This document shows, one piece after another, positions 10,357-20,874 of a stretch of 64,000 bases of DNA (its first letter is position 1; each line of letters opens with the position of its first letter). The notes beneath the pieces were generated by a model. The model was given only the letters and a program-made list of their open reading frames with translations, made no database searches and had not been told where the DNA came from. The position numbers and the translations under genes were made by a program. Source of the stretch: a virus; the IMG/VR virus record IMGVR_UViG_3300040786_000016. One strand, 5' to 3'.

Positions 10357-11155
10357 TGGGAAGATTTAAAGAAGTAACATCAGCAAACAGTGGTACAATC
10401 GTAGGTACAAGGTCTGGTACATCAGAGAAAAAAGCTAAGAATGAATCATCAATGTATATTCAAAACTTGAGGCTGACAAAATTGTATTGGAATCAAAATT
10501 GATGATTTAAGTGATTTTGGTCCAGATGAATCAACATCATTACGTCCAGTTGATAAAGGTTTTAATTTTACAAAATGGGTGGTTGAATTAAATGAAACAA
10601 CTTTAGCGTTAGAGTTGCAAGAAATTAAATTAAAATCTGCTAATAAGGTTCACAACGAATGGTTTGGTGATGACAAAAGTAGGGTTTACTTAGCTAAGTC
10701 AAATAGGGCAAATCAAATATTGTTAGTAATGTTAGAATAACTTTAAATAACTTTGATGTTGATGTAATTGAATATAGCGGTGGTCAATATAGTAATAATG
10801 CTTTACTATCGTGTGACTATTTAGTGGTCGTTCCAGAATCAACACCTAATTTAACAGATTTATCAAGTGAAATATCAATAGGTAAAGGGTTATATGAACA
10901 AATAGAGTCTTTATTGAGAATAATGACAATAAAAATGTGTTTATAATATTAGATGAAAATTTTGAAGTAGGTGGAGTATTTCATCTTAACATTATTAATT
11001 ATGATAATTTCATAAATTATGGTGAAATTGTTTTGTCTTCATATAGACTTGGTAAATTATGTGATGTATTATATGATACGTTTGGTGAAACTAATAATTC
11101 TCCACTTACTAATTTAAATAATGGTGAGTATTTGTTATTATTAACAACAGTATAA
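10357..11155 (+). CDS. Two overlapping hypothetical proteins (about 10357-10690 and 10671-11155)
   Basis: Coding-like frames after a TATCTTTG promoter; ORF 10937-11155 is the end of the second. Confidence 0.45.
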
Positions 11156-11259
11156 ATAATTAGTTCTATGAGGGGTTGTAAAAGATAATCATAGGTAATT
11201 ATGTCAGAAGTCCTACAGACATAACTAATGTAAATAGTGTGGTATAAAACCATACAAAT

Positions 11260-11333
11260 GGTGTGATAGCTCAGTCTGATAGAGCACTGGCCTGAAAAGT
11301 CAGGTGTCGGTGGTTTAAATCCATCTCCCACCA
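11260..11333 (+). tRNA. trnF: tRNA-Phe(GAA)
   Basis: CTGGC-CTGAAAA-GTCAG arm. Confidence 0.85.
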
Positions 11334-11417
11334 CAAATTAGTGAGCCATTATAAGGTGATAAGACTGCGACAATATCGAGGATAGTAAGTGTATCGCAAC
11401 ATTTGCCCTCTCACTAA

Positions 11418-11488
11418 GTGAAAGTACCTTAATGGATAAAGAACCTGTGTCGAACAGGTGCATGCGAGTTCGAGTCTCGTCTTTCACA
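11418..11488 (+). tRNA. trnR: tRNA-Arg(TCG), non-canonical position 33 as read
   Basis: ACCTG-TGTCGAA-CAGGT arm; GGATA D loop (A20); GTGAAAG/CTTTCAC acceptor. Confidence 0.7.
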
Positions 11489-11666
11489 CTATAAACAGAG
11501 TATTGATTCTGATTATGACGTAATAATATCGACCTAGGAAGAGATGTTATTATGGCGATTTCAATAGTTAAGTGGTAACTTTATATCATGGGTTATTCGT
11601 TGGCCCCTACACCCAGTAGAAAACTGAATAAACAAAAAATGATACCATTGGGGAATGGTATCAAAT

Positions 11667-11736
11667 GCGAGAATAGCTCAGCGGTAGAGCGTACCTATAA
11701 AACGGGATGTCGATGGTTCAAATCCATCTTCTCGCA
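11667..11736 (+). tRNA. tRNA, anticodon unresolved
   Basis: GCGAGAA/TTCTCGC acceptor with canonical D and T arms; anticodon arm garbled. Confidence 0.75.
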
Positions 11737-11751
11737 CTAGAATTTTATCAA

Positions 11752-11812
11752 GGGTAGTTAACCTAGTGGTTAGCTGTACATTATAGTGTGGGCTCGAATC
11801 CCAAACTACCCA
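11752..11812 (+). tRNA. Short or degenerate tRNA-like element
   Basis: GGGTAGT/ACTACCC acceptor, TGGG-CTCGAAT-CCCA T arm, shortened D and anticodon arms. Confidence 0.45.
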
Positions 11813-11832
11813 CTAACATTAAATAATTTAAT

Positions 11833-12006
11833 ATGGCAACAATTGCAAAGAATTCAAGACAATCTAGAGCATTAGTAATGCTTGAGAACCAACTAAAAAG
11901 TAAGGTTAAAACTCAAAAGAAAACAACTGATGTTAAAATTCCTTTAACAGATTCTGACATCAAAAGAATAAATAAAGAAATTGAAATATTAAAGAGTAGA
12001 ACATAA
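11833..12006 (+). CDS. Small basic hypothetical protein
   Basis: Intact 57-codon ORF MATIAKNSRQSRALVMLENQLK... Confidence 0.6.
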   Translation: MATIAKNSRQSRALVMLENQLKSKVKTQKKTTDVKIPLTDSDIKRINKEIEILKSRT

Positions 12007-12007
12007 T

Positions 12008-12340
12008 ATGAAAAAATGTTTTTTATTATTTAGTGTATTAACTTTATTTTCATGTAAGGAAAGTACCCCTGAAGCTGTAGATTTAAATGAGGGTACATAT
12101 ACTGAAGTTTTACGTGATACTATTATAGATGATAAGAATAATTATTGGGATTCTACTGAATTAAAATTACCTAAAGGCGTTGTAATAGCTAAAGATTGTA
12201 CTAATTGTACTTCTGAAGTTAATCAAAAAATTTCAGATAATTATGTGACTATTAAAAAAACAAATGGTGTTTTAACAATTATTAGAGATATCGATGTTGA
12301 CACTTATTTAAATTTAAAAATTAACGATATAATAAAATAA
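12008..12340 (+). CDS. Putative lipoprotein
   Basis: MKKCFLLFSVLTLFSC signal peptide and lipobox. Confidence 0.7.
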   Translation: MKKCFLLFSVLTLFSCKESTPEAVDLNEGTYTEVLRDTIIDDKNNYWDSTELKLPKGVVIAKDCTNCTSEVNQKISDNYVTIKKTNGVLTIIRDIDVDTYLNLKINDIIK

Positions 12341-12346
12341 AATAAA

Positions 12347-12712
12347 ATGAGGATAAATGGGAGTAGAGAAATCACCGTAAATAAAAGTGATTTAATTAAT
12401 AAAATAAAAGAGCATAAAGCAAATCATGAAGTTGAATACGTTAAAGCTGTTGAAGCTTATAAAGTAGAAGCTAAGAGACAACTAAATTTACAACAAAAGC
12501 TTTAAAAATGGTAGTCTTAAAATTAGTGTAAATTTAATTGCACCATCAAATAAATCAAGTGAATACGATAAAATAATTTCGATGTTTGATTGGGAGATAA
12601 ATGAATCTGTTACATTATCTCAAAGTGAATTTAATGAGTATATTTTAGATGAAACAAGTTTTGCTAGGGAAGCTAAAATGATGAATTCATCATATCTTAG
12701 TCTAGGTGTTTA
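12347..12712 (+). CDS. Hypothetical protein (one indel)
   Basis: MRINGSREITVNK...YDKIISMFDWEINESVTLSQSEFNEYILDE. Confidence 0.6.
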
Positions 12713-12896
12713 AATACTAACTTTACGTCTAATTATAAATAAAAACAATAGGGTGATATAGATTAATTTTTATATCACCCTATATTTTACCTAGACATTT
12801 AAACTTTTATTAAAAAATGTTGATTTTTATTTGGTAGTATCATTTATTTAATATACATTTGTACTCAATAAAAATAACAACTTAAAATAATATAAA

Positions 12897-13630
12897 ATGG
12901 GATTTAAAGATTTAATCGGTAAAGCGGTATTCGCTGATTATGTTTCAGAGGAAGAACCAAAACAGTTACACCAAAACAAGTAGTTCAGTCTACAAAATTT
13001 CCAAGTGCTCAAACAGAAGTTATAGAACCAGAACCAGTTTCTAAATCTATGTTTGGTTTTTCAGGACCAGTATCTACAACACCTACTTTTCTACAACTAT
13101 AAGTGATGGTGTGATTAACGCTGAACATTTAGAAAAAGCAATTGAATTGTATCAAAGTGGGTTTGATAATTTAAATCAGCCTGGATTTGATTTTTATGAA
13201 TATTATCAATTAGTTATGAATGGTGGTGTAACTAACCCACAATTTACACTATGGCTTTTACTATGGCGAATACTATGGACAAGTTAGTTACTAAAGTAAG
13301 TTTAATTTCACAATCTGATTTTTATATTAGTGAAATAACTAAGCAGTATGATGGTTTTGTTAGTAAAGGTAATCTAAAAAGAAGAATTAGAACAGCAAAA
13401 AACTAATGAAAATCAAAGTTTAGTTAGCGAGTTAAATACGATGAGAGAGCAGTTGGAAGCAATAAAGGTTCAAATTAATGACCGTGAAAAAAACTTTCAG
13501 CTATAGGTTCTAAATATGACCCACTACTTAACGATGTTAATAGTAAACTTTCTGCTAATACACAAGCCAAGAATTTAATAACACAATCAATAGAACAAGT
13601 TAAACAAGGAATTAATAATAATTTAAAATA
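12897..13630 (+). CDS. Coiled-coil hypothetical protein, first gene of the ABC/OmpA module
   Basis: Joined frames ...LNQPGFDFYEYYQ...; follows a TACATTTG promoter. Confidence 0.55.
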
Positions 13631-13633
13631 AAA

Positions 13634-14758
13634 ATGGGAACAGAAACTAAATTTAAAAACGCACCAACATTAAACGCTAATTTAATGAACTTGCCTATGA
13701 TGAAGAATTATAGTCAGAGTGAAATTGTCACAAAAGTAGATACATTTAGAAAGGGTGAGAAAAACCTTTTGGTTTCTAAAATTAGCAACAGTAATTGGTG
13801 TAGGTTACCTATCATGGGTTTATATATTACCACAAGTGTTTCAAATGCTTGGTAGGTGGATAGCAATAGCTTCTACTGGTATATTTTAATTTTCTTGTAG
13901 TTGCCGCACCAGCAATATTTGCTTGGGTACGTACATTAGCGAGCTTTACATGCAAGTGCTATTAAATTTGACCCTTTTGGTCAGTTAGGGTTACAGAGAC
14001 AAAAAAATGCTTGCGAATCAATCAACATTCCGTATTGCTAAAGCTAATTTACAAATGTTAGGTCAAGACATGTTGAATGAATCTAAAAATGCTCAAATAG
14101 ATGCTGAAAATGGTCAAAAAAAGTATTAAAACTTAGAGGTAAAGCTGAGAATATTAGAAGTGAGATGGAAAAGCTAGTTAGTACATTAGGTGTTGCGGCT
14201 AAAGAAGAAGATGAATATGTTAATTTTGCGGCTGAGTTACATAAAACACTAGCAAAATCAATTCAAGTTGCTAACAAAACAAAACAATCACAAGAATTTA
14301 CAGTTAAGTTTGGTTCTCGTGGTAGTGTTTTGAAAAAGTTAATCAAAAGTTAGTAATGGTTGAAGCTAATATGGATGTTAAAATTTCTGATTTTGATGTA
14401 ACAGTTGAAATGCTTAAGAAAGATTTTGCAACTGGTCAAAAAATTAAAATCAGCAACAAATGCCGCAGTATCAGTACTAGGGTTTAAAGATGATTGGGAA
14501 CGTGATTTAGCTTTAGACACTCTTGCAAACACTATTTCTGCTGATATGGCTATAAGTATGGGTAACTTTAAAGATATTGAGACCCTTACAAGTAATTATG
14601 ATTTAAATTCTGATGAATTATTTGAGAATTTGAATGCGATTGCTGATAAAATATCAACTGGGAATGACCCAATTGTTACCGCTAAAAATATAATAACCCT
14701 GATTACGTTCTAACCCAAGATGATAAATCAAAATCACAATTTGGTGAAATGTTCTAAT
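13634..14758 (+). CDS. Membrane-anchored coiled-coil protein, second gene of the ABC/OmpA module
   Basis: N-terminal hydrophobic segments, then the heptad-rich ORFs 14165-14353 and 14405-14713. Confidence 0.55.
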
Positions 14759-15016
14759 ATGTAATCATATTAATTAAAATTAAAAACTGTTCGAGTAGCC
14801 TTGGTGACTATGTATCCCAAGGTAAAGTAGTGGACAAATATATATATGGATGGCCGAGCCTAATGAGTAAGTAGGAAATCAAAGGAGTTTTAAATCGCAT
14901 GGGTAGTTTCTCTAATGGTTATAAAAAATTAAATTAAAATTTATTTGGTGGTTTAAAAAAGTTCTTATCTTTGTACCGTTAAATAAAACAAATATTAATA
15001 ATTAAAATAAAAAAAA

Positions 15017-16815
15017 ATGGGAAGACTTCTTAAAATTAGTAAATTAACAACTGGTATCGAGGTTGTAATTTCAGCAATCGCAATTGCAATTGTTTTAACT
15101 GGAATTAGTTATTTTGCGCCTGGTATGAGTGTTGCAATTTCAAAACAATTAACCTTTAATAGTATCAATTCTGATAATATTAATAACGTAACTAAAGGTG
15201 CTGAATTACCTTTACCGAGTGAATCAACATCCTCAAAGTTTCTGGTCAAGGTCTTATACGTATTGCAGAATATGCTTGGAATGGTAATTCGGGTATGATT
15301 GTCGCAAACGGTGGTCCTAGAACAACAGAAGGTTCACTTATGGAATCGTCTAATGTAAATTTAGAGATTGTAAGACAAGATATGGTTGGTGGTTTACGTG
15401 ATATGCAAATTAAATTCGTTGAAGAATTTGATAGCGGTGTAGCTTATCCTAAATCAGATAAATCAGCTTTTGCTGTATCTATAATGGGTGATGGTGTCCC
15501 TTTTATATTGCAACTACACAAAAATCCTTAGATGAAAAATTTGGTAGGGTAAATACCATGTACAAGTACTTGGGGCTTATGGGTTATCATATGGTGAGGA
15601 TAAATTAATCGGACCAAGAATTTGGAAAGATAATCCGCAAAGTATGAAGGGTTGTGTTATTTCATCAGTGATTGGTGATGGTGACTGGGTTGTTGCGATA
15701 AACTATGCTTTTGCTAATAAAATTGCTGTTAATCCTGATGCTACAACATATGATGCTAATGCTATTAACTTTGTACCATCACAAGATGATGATTATATTA
15801 ACTCGGTTAAAGAATTGATTAAATCTCAAAAAACTGGTTATACAGTACCATTGGATGAGGTTATTGATGGTAAAAGAACTGGTAAAAGATTAACCATAAA
15901 ATTGATGGTGCAACTACATGGACACCTGGTGATAAGATGGCATTTGATGCTTTAAGTGGCTTCACTGATGTTGTATCAACTAAAGACTTTGTAAACCAAA
16001 TGGCAACAACATTAGTAGGTGTTAAAGAATGGGCTTTGTTACACGATAAAGAGGTTATTAGTATATTAAAACAAACATATACAGCTTCTAACCAAATGAA
16101 GTTATATGATTCATGGGCAGTAAGAGCATCTGAAGCGGTTGCAAAACATACGCATTTGAAACCCTAAATACTGGTATGATTTATTTAAAGGACAAAAGGT
16201 GAAAAGATGGTTTATCATACAATATTGGTGGTTCAAGAGTGTTTAATTATGCTGATGCAATGCAATATTATGGAATTACTGATGGGAATAATAGATATAA
16301 AGCAGTGTATGACCAAGTATCTAGTTACCTAGTAGATTTAAACCATGTGGTTTTAATGAAACATGTAAAGATGGTGTTGTTCCTTATGAAGATGCTGTAA
16401 ATTTATATTTCTTAAAAGTGTTACAGATGTTGATGCTGGTAAAAAAAAATCACATATACCGAAACTAAAACTGAAGTAATGGCAAATGGTCAGTGGGTAT
16501 TAACTTTCAGACTGGTAGTAACGCAATTAATGGTTCAACTAAAGATTTAGAGACGATTTATAACTTGCTAGTACAAGCTGAACAAGCTAAATTAAAAGTT
16601 ATTGGACATACAGATAATACTGGTAATTCTAATAATAATATAACTTTATCTAAAGGTCGTGCTAATTCAGTTGTTGCTTATTTAACAAATAGGGTATTTC
16701 AGCTGACCGTTTTCAATTAGTTGATGGTAAAGGTGATTCATCTCCAATAGCTGATAACTCAACTGCTTCAGGTAAAGCTAAAAATCGTAGAGTAGAAATT
16801 ACGTTGTTAAAATAA
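15017..16815 (+). CDS. ABC substrate-binding protein (NMT1/TauA-like) fused to a C-terminal OmpA domain
   Basis: N-terminal TM segment, periplasmic-binding-type region, then INFQTGS...VIGHTDNTG...NITLSKGRANSV...KAKNRRVEI OmpA motif. Confidence 0.8.
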
Positions 16816-16930
16816 CAAATTATAAACATAAAACCCTAATATAAACTATTAGGGTTTTTATTAAAATTAGGTATTGTTAGATATTATCTATATATTTGCA
16901 ATCTAATTAAAACAATTAAAATCTAGTAAA

Positions 16931-17699
16931 ATGTTTAAAAAATTTTACACCGTTTCAAGAACTTAAACGTTCTTATAAAACAATTATGGTAACTACATGG
17001 TTATTATTAATGTTCTCATTTTGGTTTTAGTATCTTCTATAGGTACAACGCATCTTTCCCAACACCTATACAAGTCTTAACTGGTTTAGTTGATGTATGG
17101 AATGATGGTTTAATTATGCATTTATTTAATTCGTTATCTTTATGTTTCCAAGCTATTTTTTATTCCATTATTATATCTATGGTATTTGCTTATCTAACTA
17201 CAATATCATTTACTAAATCGTTAGGTACTTTCTTATCTAAATTAAGATATTTACCACCGACTGGAATTGCCTTTATGTAACTATTATGGTAAGTAACGCA
17301 AGAACAATTCAAGTTTGGGTGCTTGTAATATTTATGTCAACATTTTAATCACAAGTCTTATACAAATGATTAAAGATATCCCAAATGAAGAATTTGACCA
17401 TGCTAAAACGCTAGGTTGTAATAGATGGGAAATTCTATGGAAGTAGTGATTAAAGGTCGTATTGATTATGTTATTGAACTAGTTAGACAAAACTTAGCAA
17501 TTGTATGGGTTATGTTAGTTACTGTTGAGAGTATTCTTATTGCCGCTGGTGGTTTAGGTGTTCTAATTAAAAATGGAGATAGACTTGGTGCTAATGGTCG
17601 TGTTATTGCAGTACAAGGTATTATAATATTAGTTGGTATTTCTTTAGATTTTTATTAACTAGATTACGCAAATTATTATTCACATATTCAAATTATTAA
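16931..17699 (+). CDS. ABC transporter permease (NitT/TauT family)
   Basis: Hydrophobic frames with ...EEFDHAKTLGCNRWEILWEVVIKGR... EAA-like loop. Confidence 0.8.
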
Positions 17700-17703
17700 A
17701 ATT

Positions 17704-18518
17704 ATGTCATATAAAGAAACAAAACGTTATTATATATTGATAACCTAACAGTAGGTTATGGTGATAAAGCAATACTTAAAGATATCAATTTTGATGTCAA
17801 AGATGTAGTAAGAGAGGGTGTAAATTCAACAGGTCAGATAATCGCATTTATTGCTAGGTCTGGTTATGGTAAATCAACACTTTTCAAAGCATTAACTGGT
17901 TTGATTAAACCAATGGATGGTCAAATATTAATAACAAACCTATCTACTGAAGATGAAGAAGACGCTAAACCTTTAAGTGAAGGTGACATGGGGTTTGTAG
18001 ACCAAAATACACACTTTTAGACACAAAACTATATTAGGTATCTGTAACTATGCTTTGAGGAAAAGTAAGCTACAAAGGTGGAAAAGATACTATAATTGAT
18101 GAATATTTAAATACTTGGGGTTAACTGAGCATAAGGATAAGTATTCTTGTGAATTATCTGGTGGGCAACGTCAAAGAACTGCAATTATTGAGCAAATGTT
18201 AACATCTAAACATTTTATGATTTTAGATGAACCATTTTCTGGTTTAGATGTTGGTAATATAGAAAAAGTTAAATTATCATTTGATAAAATTAGTGCGGCT
18301 AATGAATTAAATACTATAATATTCTCAACACACGATATTCGTCTTGCAGTTGAATTATCGGATAGTATCTATATTCTAGGTAAGCATGGGAAGACCCAAG
18401 TTGCGCTACAATAATTAAACATTATGACCTTAAAGCTATGGGTTTAGCTTGGGAACCATTTAATGATGGGCATAGAAAATTACACCATGAGATTCATGAT
18501 TTAGTACTTAATACATAA
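17704..18518 (+). CDS. ABC transporter ATP-binding protein
   Basis: Walker A ARSGYGKST, signature LSGGQRQR, Walker B ILDEPFSGLD, STHD switch. Confidence 0.9.
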
Positions 18519-18940
18519 ATAATTAGTAACAAAAACTAAAAGGGTTAGAGATTTTACATTTATAATAGCTAATACAAATAGTTTTACTTATTAAAAAAAA
18601 AACGTATATTTAGTTTTAGATGATATTTATAATAAATAATAGTATTAAATACTAAAATATGGATAGTGATAGTAAAACGAACAAAATAAACAGGAAAGCA
18701 TTGGGGACAAGTTCTTTAATGATAGCGACATTTCTGAATCCTTTAGGGTACGATATATTAGTTTACAAATTAACGCAATTAACAAAAGATTATTGATTAC
18801 AATGTTCGTTCTCTATATTTGTGCGTTCCTATCATTTATATCATCATTTATTTCATTTAAAATAGGTAATAAATTTTGGGGAATATCCTAATCACATTTG
18901 CATTATTTTTAAACCCTTTGGTTATGATATAGTAGTTTAT

Positions 18941-19520
18941 ATGATTAATTTAGTGTTTAACGATTATTGGCTAACGATGATTATAATGTATGTGTTAGCT
19001 GGGTATTTTTTTAGTTTATCACTATACTTTTACAATATAAACCCAATTAGGGTTTTAAAATATAATTTAATAAAATTAAATAGAAAAATAAATAGGAAAA
19101 TGGATAAGAACTTTGATGAACTTTTGATGAATTTTGATGAATTTTCTAAGGGTAAAAATAAATTAGAAATTGAAACTAATAAATTTATTGATTTGATATC
19201 GGATATATCAAATCATAATAAAGGTGGTGAAGATACTAGTGAAATTGAAACTAATTTAGAAAATAAGTTAGGTGAACCAGATTCAGTAACTTATTATTAT
19301 GAAGATGGTTTATTCGTTGAGAAAAGTGCATGGAAACAAGCTAGTGGCTTAGTAATAAGAACAATTAAACAAAAAAAACCATTTGATGGTGAAAAGTTTT
19401 AGCACCAGAACTATTAATAAACGAACAATTAGAAATCGCCATTATTAATGAAGATTATGAGAATGCTGCTATATTAAGAGATAAAATCAAAAAATTTAAA
19501 AGACAAGCAAATAAGAAATT
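18941..19520 (+). CDS. Membrane-anchored protein with a C-terminal UVR (UvrB/C) motif
   Basis: ORF 18941-19402; next frame EQLEIAIINEDYENAAILRDKIK. Confidence 0.55.
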
Positions 19521-19578
19521 ATCATTATTAGTAACCAATATAAAAGTCTAAGGACTAGTAACCAACTAGTTATAAAAT

Positions 19579-19690
19579 AAATTAAAAATAATTATAAAAA
19601 GACTTGTTTTATCTAAATAAGTGTAGTATATTTGCATAAGAATTAAAACAAACAAAAATAGTCTTTTATAAAAGACATATATTTATAACA
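19579..19690 (+). promoter_or_regulatory. Promoter cassette for tRNA operon 3 (copy of 5742-5835)
   Basis: TATATTTG at 19627-19634, ATATTTAT at 19679-19686. Confidence 0.8.
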
Positions 19691-19718
19691 AATAGAGAAA
19701 TCTAAAATAAAAGAAATT

Positions 19719-19793
19719 ATGAAAACAATGACCACATATCAACCAAAACAGTATACGCAAGGCGGACTCCGCAGTGCAAACTGGGTATGTTAA
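19719..19793 (+). CDS. Leader peptide 3 (MKTMTTYQPKQYTQGGLRSANWVC), putative attenuator for the Tyr/Pro/Thr/Lys/Gly/Gln tRNA operon
   Basis: Residues 2-16 use only K,T,M,Y,Q,P,G; AACTGGGT (19779-19786) is identical to the terminator 3' arm. Confidence 0.85.
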   Translation: MKTMTTYQPKQYTQGGLRSANWVC

Positions 19794-19847
19794 GTTGTCA
19801 AGATTTAACCACGATATAAATGTAGAGTAAAACCTATATAAAATCAG

Positions 19848-19882
19848 ACCCAGTTCAGAGTAAAATCTAAACTGGGTTTTTT
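19848..19882 (+). terminator. Intrinsic terminator (attenuator) before tRNA-Tyr
   Basis: ACCCAGTT...AACTGGGT stem plus TTTTT. Confidence 0.85.
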
Positions 19883-19900
19883 ATGTTAAAAAATTAAATT

Positions 19901-19981
19901 GGGGTCCGCTAGAGTCGGAGAGCTAGGGCGGTCTGTAACACCGTTGCGAAAGCTGAATAGGTTCGAATCCTATGGTCCCCA
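19901..19981 (+). tRNA. trnY: tRNA-Tyr(GTA)
   Basis: GCGGT-CTGTAAC-ACCGT arm; long variable arm GCGAAAGC. Confidence 0.9.
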
Positions 19982-20050
19982 CAGAGAAGAGACTGTTACT
20001 AATTCATAGGACACCAAGGTAAAGTACTGGAAGCGTAGAATTAGAAATCA

Positions 20051-20141
20051 CTAGATGTGAAGGCAATTGGAAGCCGACTCCACTTGGAATGGAGAAGTAG
20101 TGTTAAAACGCTCAATGCGAGTTCGAGTCTCGTCTTCTAGA
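20051..20141 (+). tRNA. trnP: tRNA-Pro(TGG) with an unusually long variable arm
   Basis: CTCCA-CTTGGAA-TGGAG arm; C1-G72 and A73; 22 nt variable region. Confidence 0.8.
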
Positions 20142-20148
20142 CAAAATG

Positions 20149-20224
20149 CGTCCCATAGCTTAAATGGTAAAGCGGCATCCATGAGGGGTGTATGGATTGG
20201 AGGTTCGAGCACTCTGGGAGGCCA
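20149..20224 (+). tRNA. tRNA, anticodon unresolved (CAT present in the loop region; Met possible)
   Basis: TAGCTTAAATGGTAAAGC D arm and GGTTCGAG T loop; anticodon arm garbled. Confidence 0.6.
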
Positions 20225-20228
20225 AATT

Positions 20229-20301
20229 CGGGGTATAGCTTATATGGTAAAGCACTGGCTCGCTGTCAGTTTAATGGTAGGTTCGAACACTCCTACCCCG
20301 A
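20229..20301 (+). tRNA. tRNA with a Pro-like body; anticodon garbled
   Basis: CGGGGTATAGC start, TACCCCG-A end (C1-G72, A73). Confidence 0.65.
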
Positions 20302-20315
20302 CAAAAAATTAAAAT

Positions 20316-20389
20316 GCTATATACGCATAAACGGTGGTGCACAACATTTGTAACGTTGAATAGACTCGGTTCGATTCCGAGATATAGCT
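20316..20389 (+). tRNA. trnT: tRNA-Thr(TGT)
   Basis: TTTGTAA loop; GCTATAT/ATATAGC acceptor. Confidence 0.85.
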
Positions 20390-20482
20390 CTAAAATTAAA
20401 TAATATAGATTATGAAAAATATAAAGAACATAAAGAATAAACAGTAACTACCTTCAATGCGTTGAGGGATAGTAATAACTAT

Positions 20483-20554
20483 GGCTTCAAAACATTGCTG
20501 GCGATGTACTCGGCTTTTAACCGAGGAAAATGAGTTCGATTCTCATTGGGGCTA
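20483..20554 (+). tRNA. trnK: tRNA-Lys(TTT)
   Basis: CTCGG-CTTTTAA-CCGAG arm. Confidence 0.88.
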
Positions 20555-20571
20555 CTAGATTATATTAAATT

Positions 20572-20646
20572 GCATCTATAGCCAAAATGGAATAAGGCAC
20601 CTAACTTTTAATTAGGGCTGTCTGGGTTCGAGCCCCAGTGGATGCA
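20572..20646 (+). tRNA. trnK: tRNA-Lys(TTT)
   Basis: CCTAA-CTTTTAA-TTAGG arm. Confidence 0.9.
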
Positions 20647-20665
20647 CAAAATATAATATATAAAA

Positions 20666-20741
20666 CTGGGTGTAGACTAATTGGTAAGTCGCCTACCTTG
20701 GACGTAGGACATTATTGCAGGTTCGAAGCCTGTCACCCAGA
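20666..20741 (+). tRNA. trnP: tRNA-Pro(TGG)
   Basis: CCTAC-CTTGGAC-GTAGG arm; C1-G72, A73. Confidence 0.9.
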
Positions 20742-20874
20742 CGAAATTAGTAACAATACAATGTGTCGAAAGCATTGGTTACATTGCGATTAGAGCCACA
20801 ATGGGAAGTACGAAAGGAGTAATTAACCAGACGTAAGGGTTCGGTATAGTGATTAACCTTCCTTAATTTTATTT

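Noticed and set aside
11161-11260. A fourth leader/attenuator before the Phe/Arg tRNA cluster
   Set aside because: Only 6-7 codon ORFs without matching composition, and the hairpin has no T tract.
11017-11334. Minus-strand ORF of 105 aa
   Set aside because: Antisense to tRNA-Phe and to a plus-strand gene.
14855-14885. Hammerhead ribozyme (CTAATGAG...GAAA)
   Set aside because: The core differs from CTGATGA, and stems I-III cannot be built convincingly.
19982-20050. HDV-like theta ribozyme after tRNA-Tyr
   Set aside because: A P2-like helix is possible, but I found no P1 partner strand; kept only as a generic ncRNA candidate.
20067-20312. Plus-strand ORF of 81 aa
   Set aside because: Runs across three tRNA genes.
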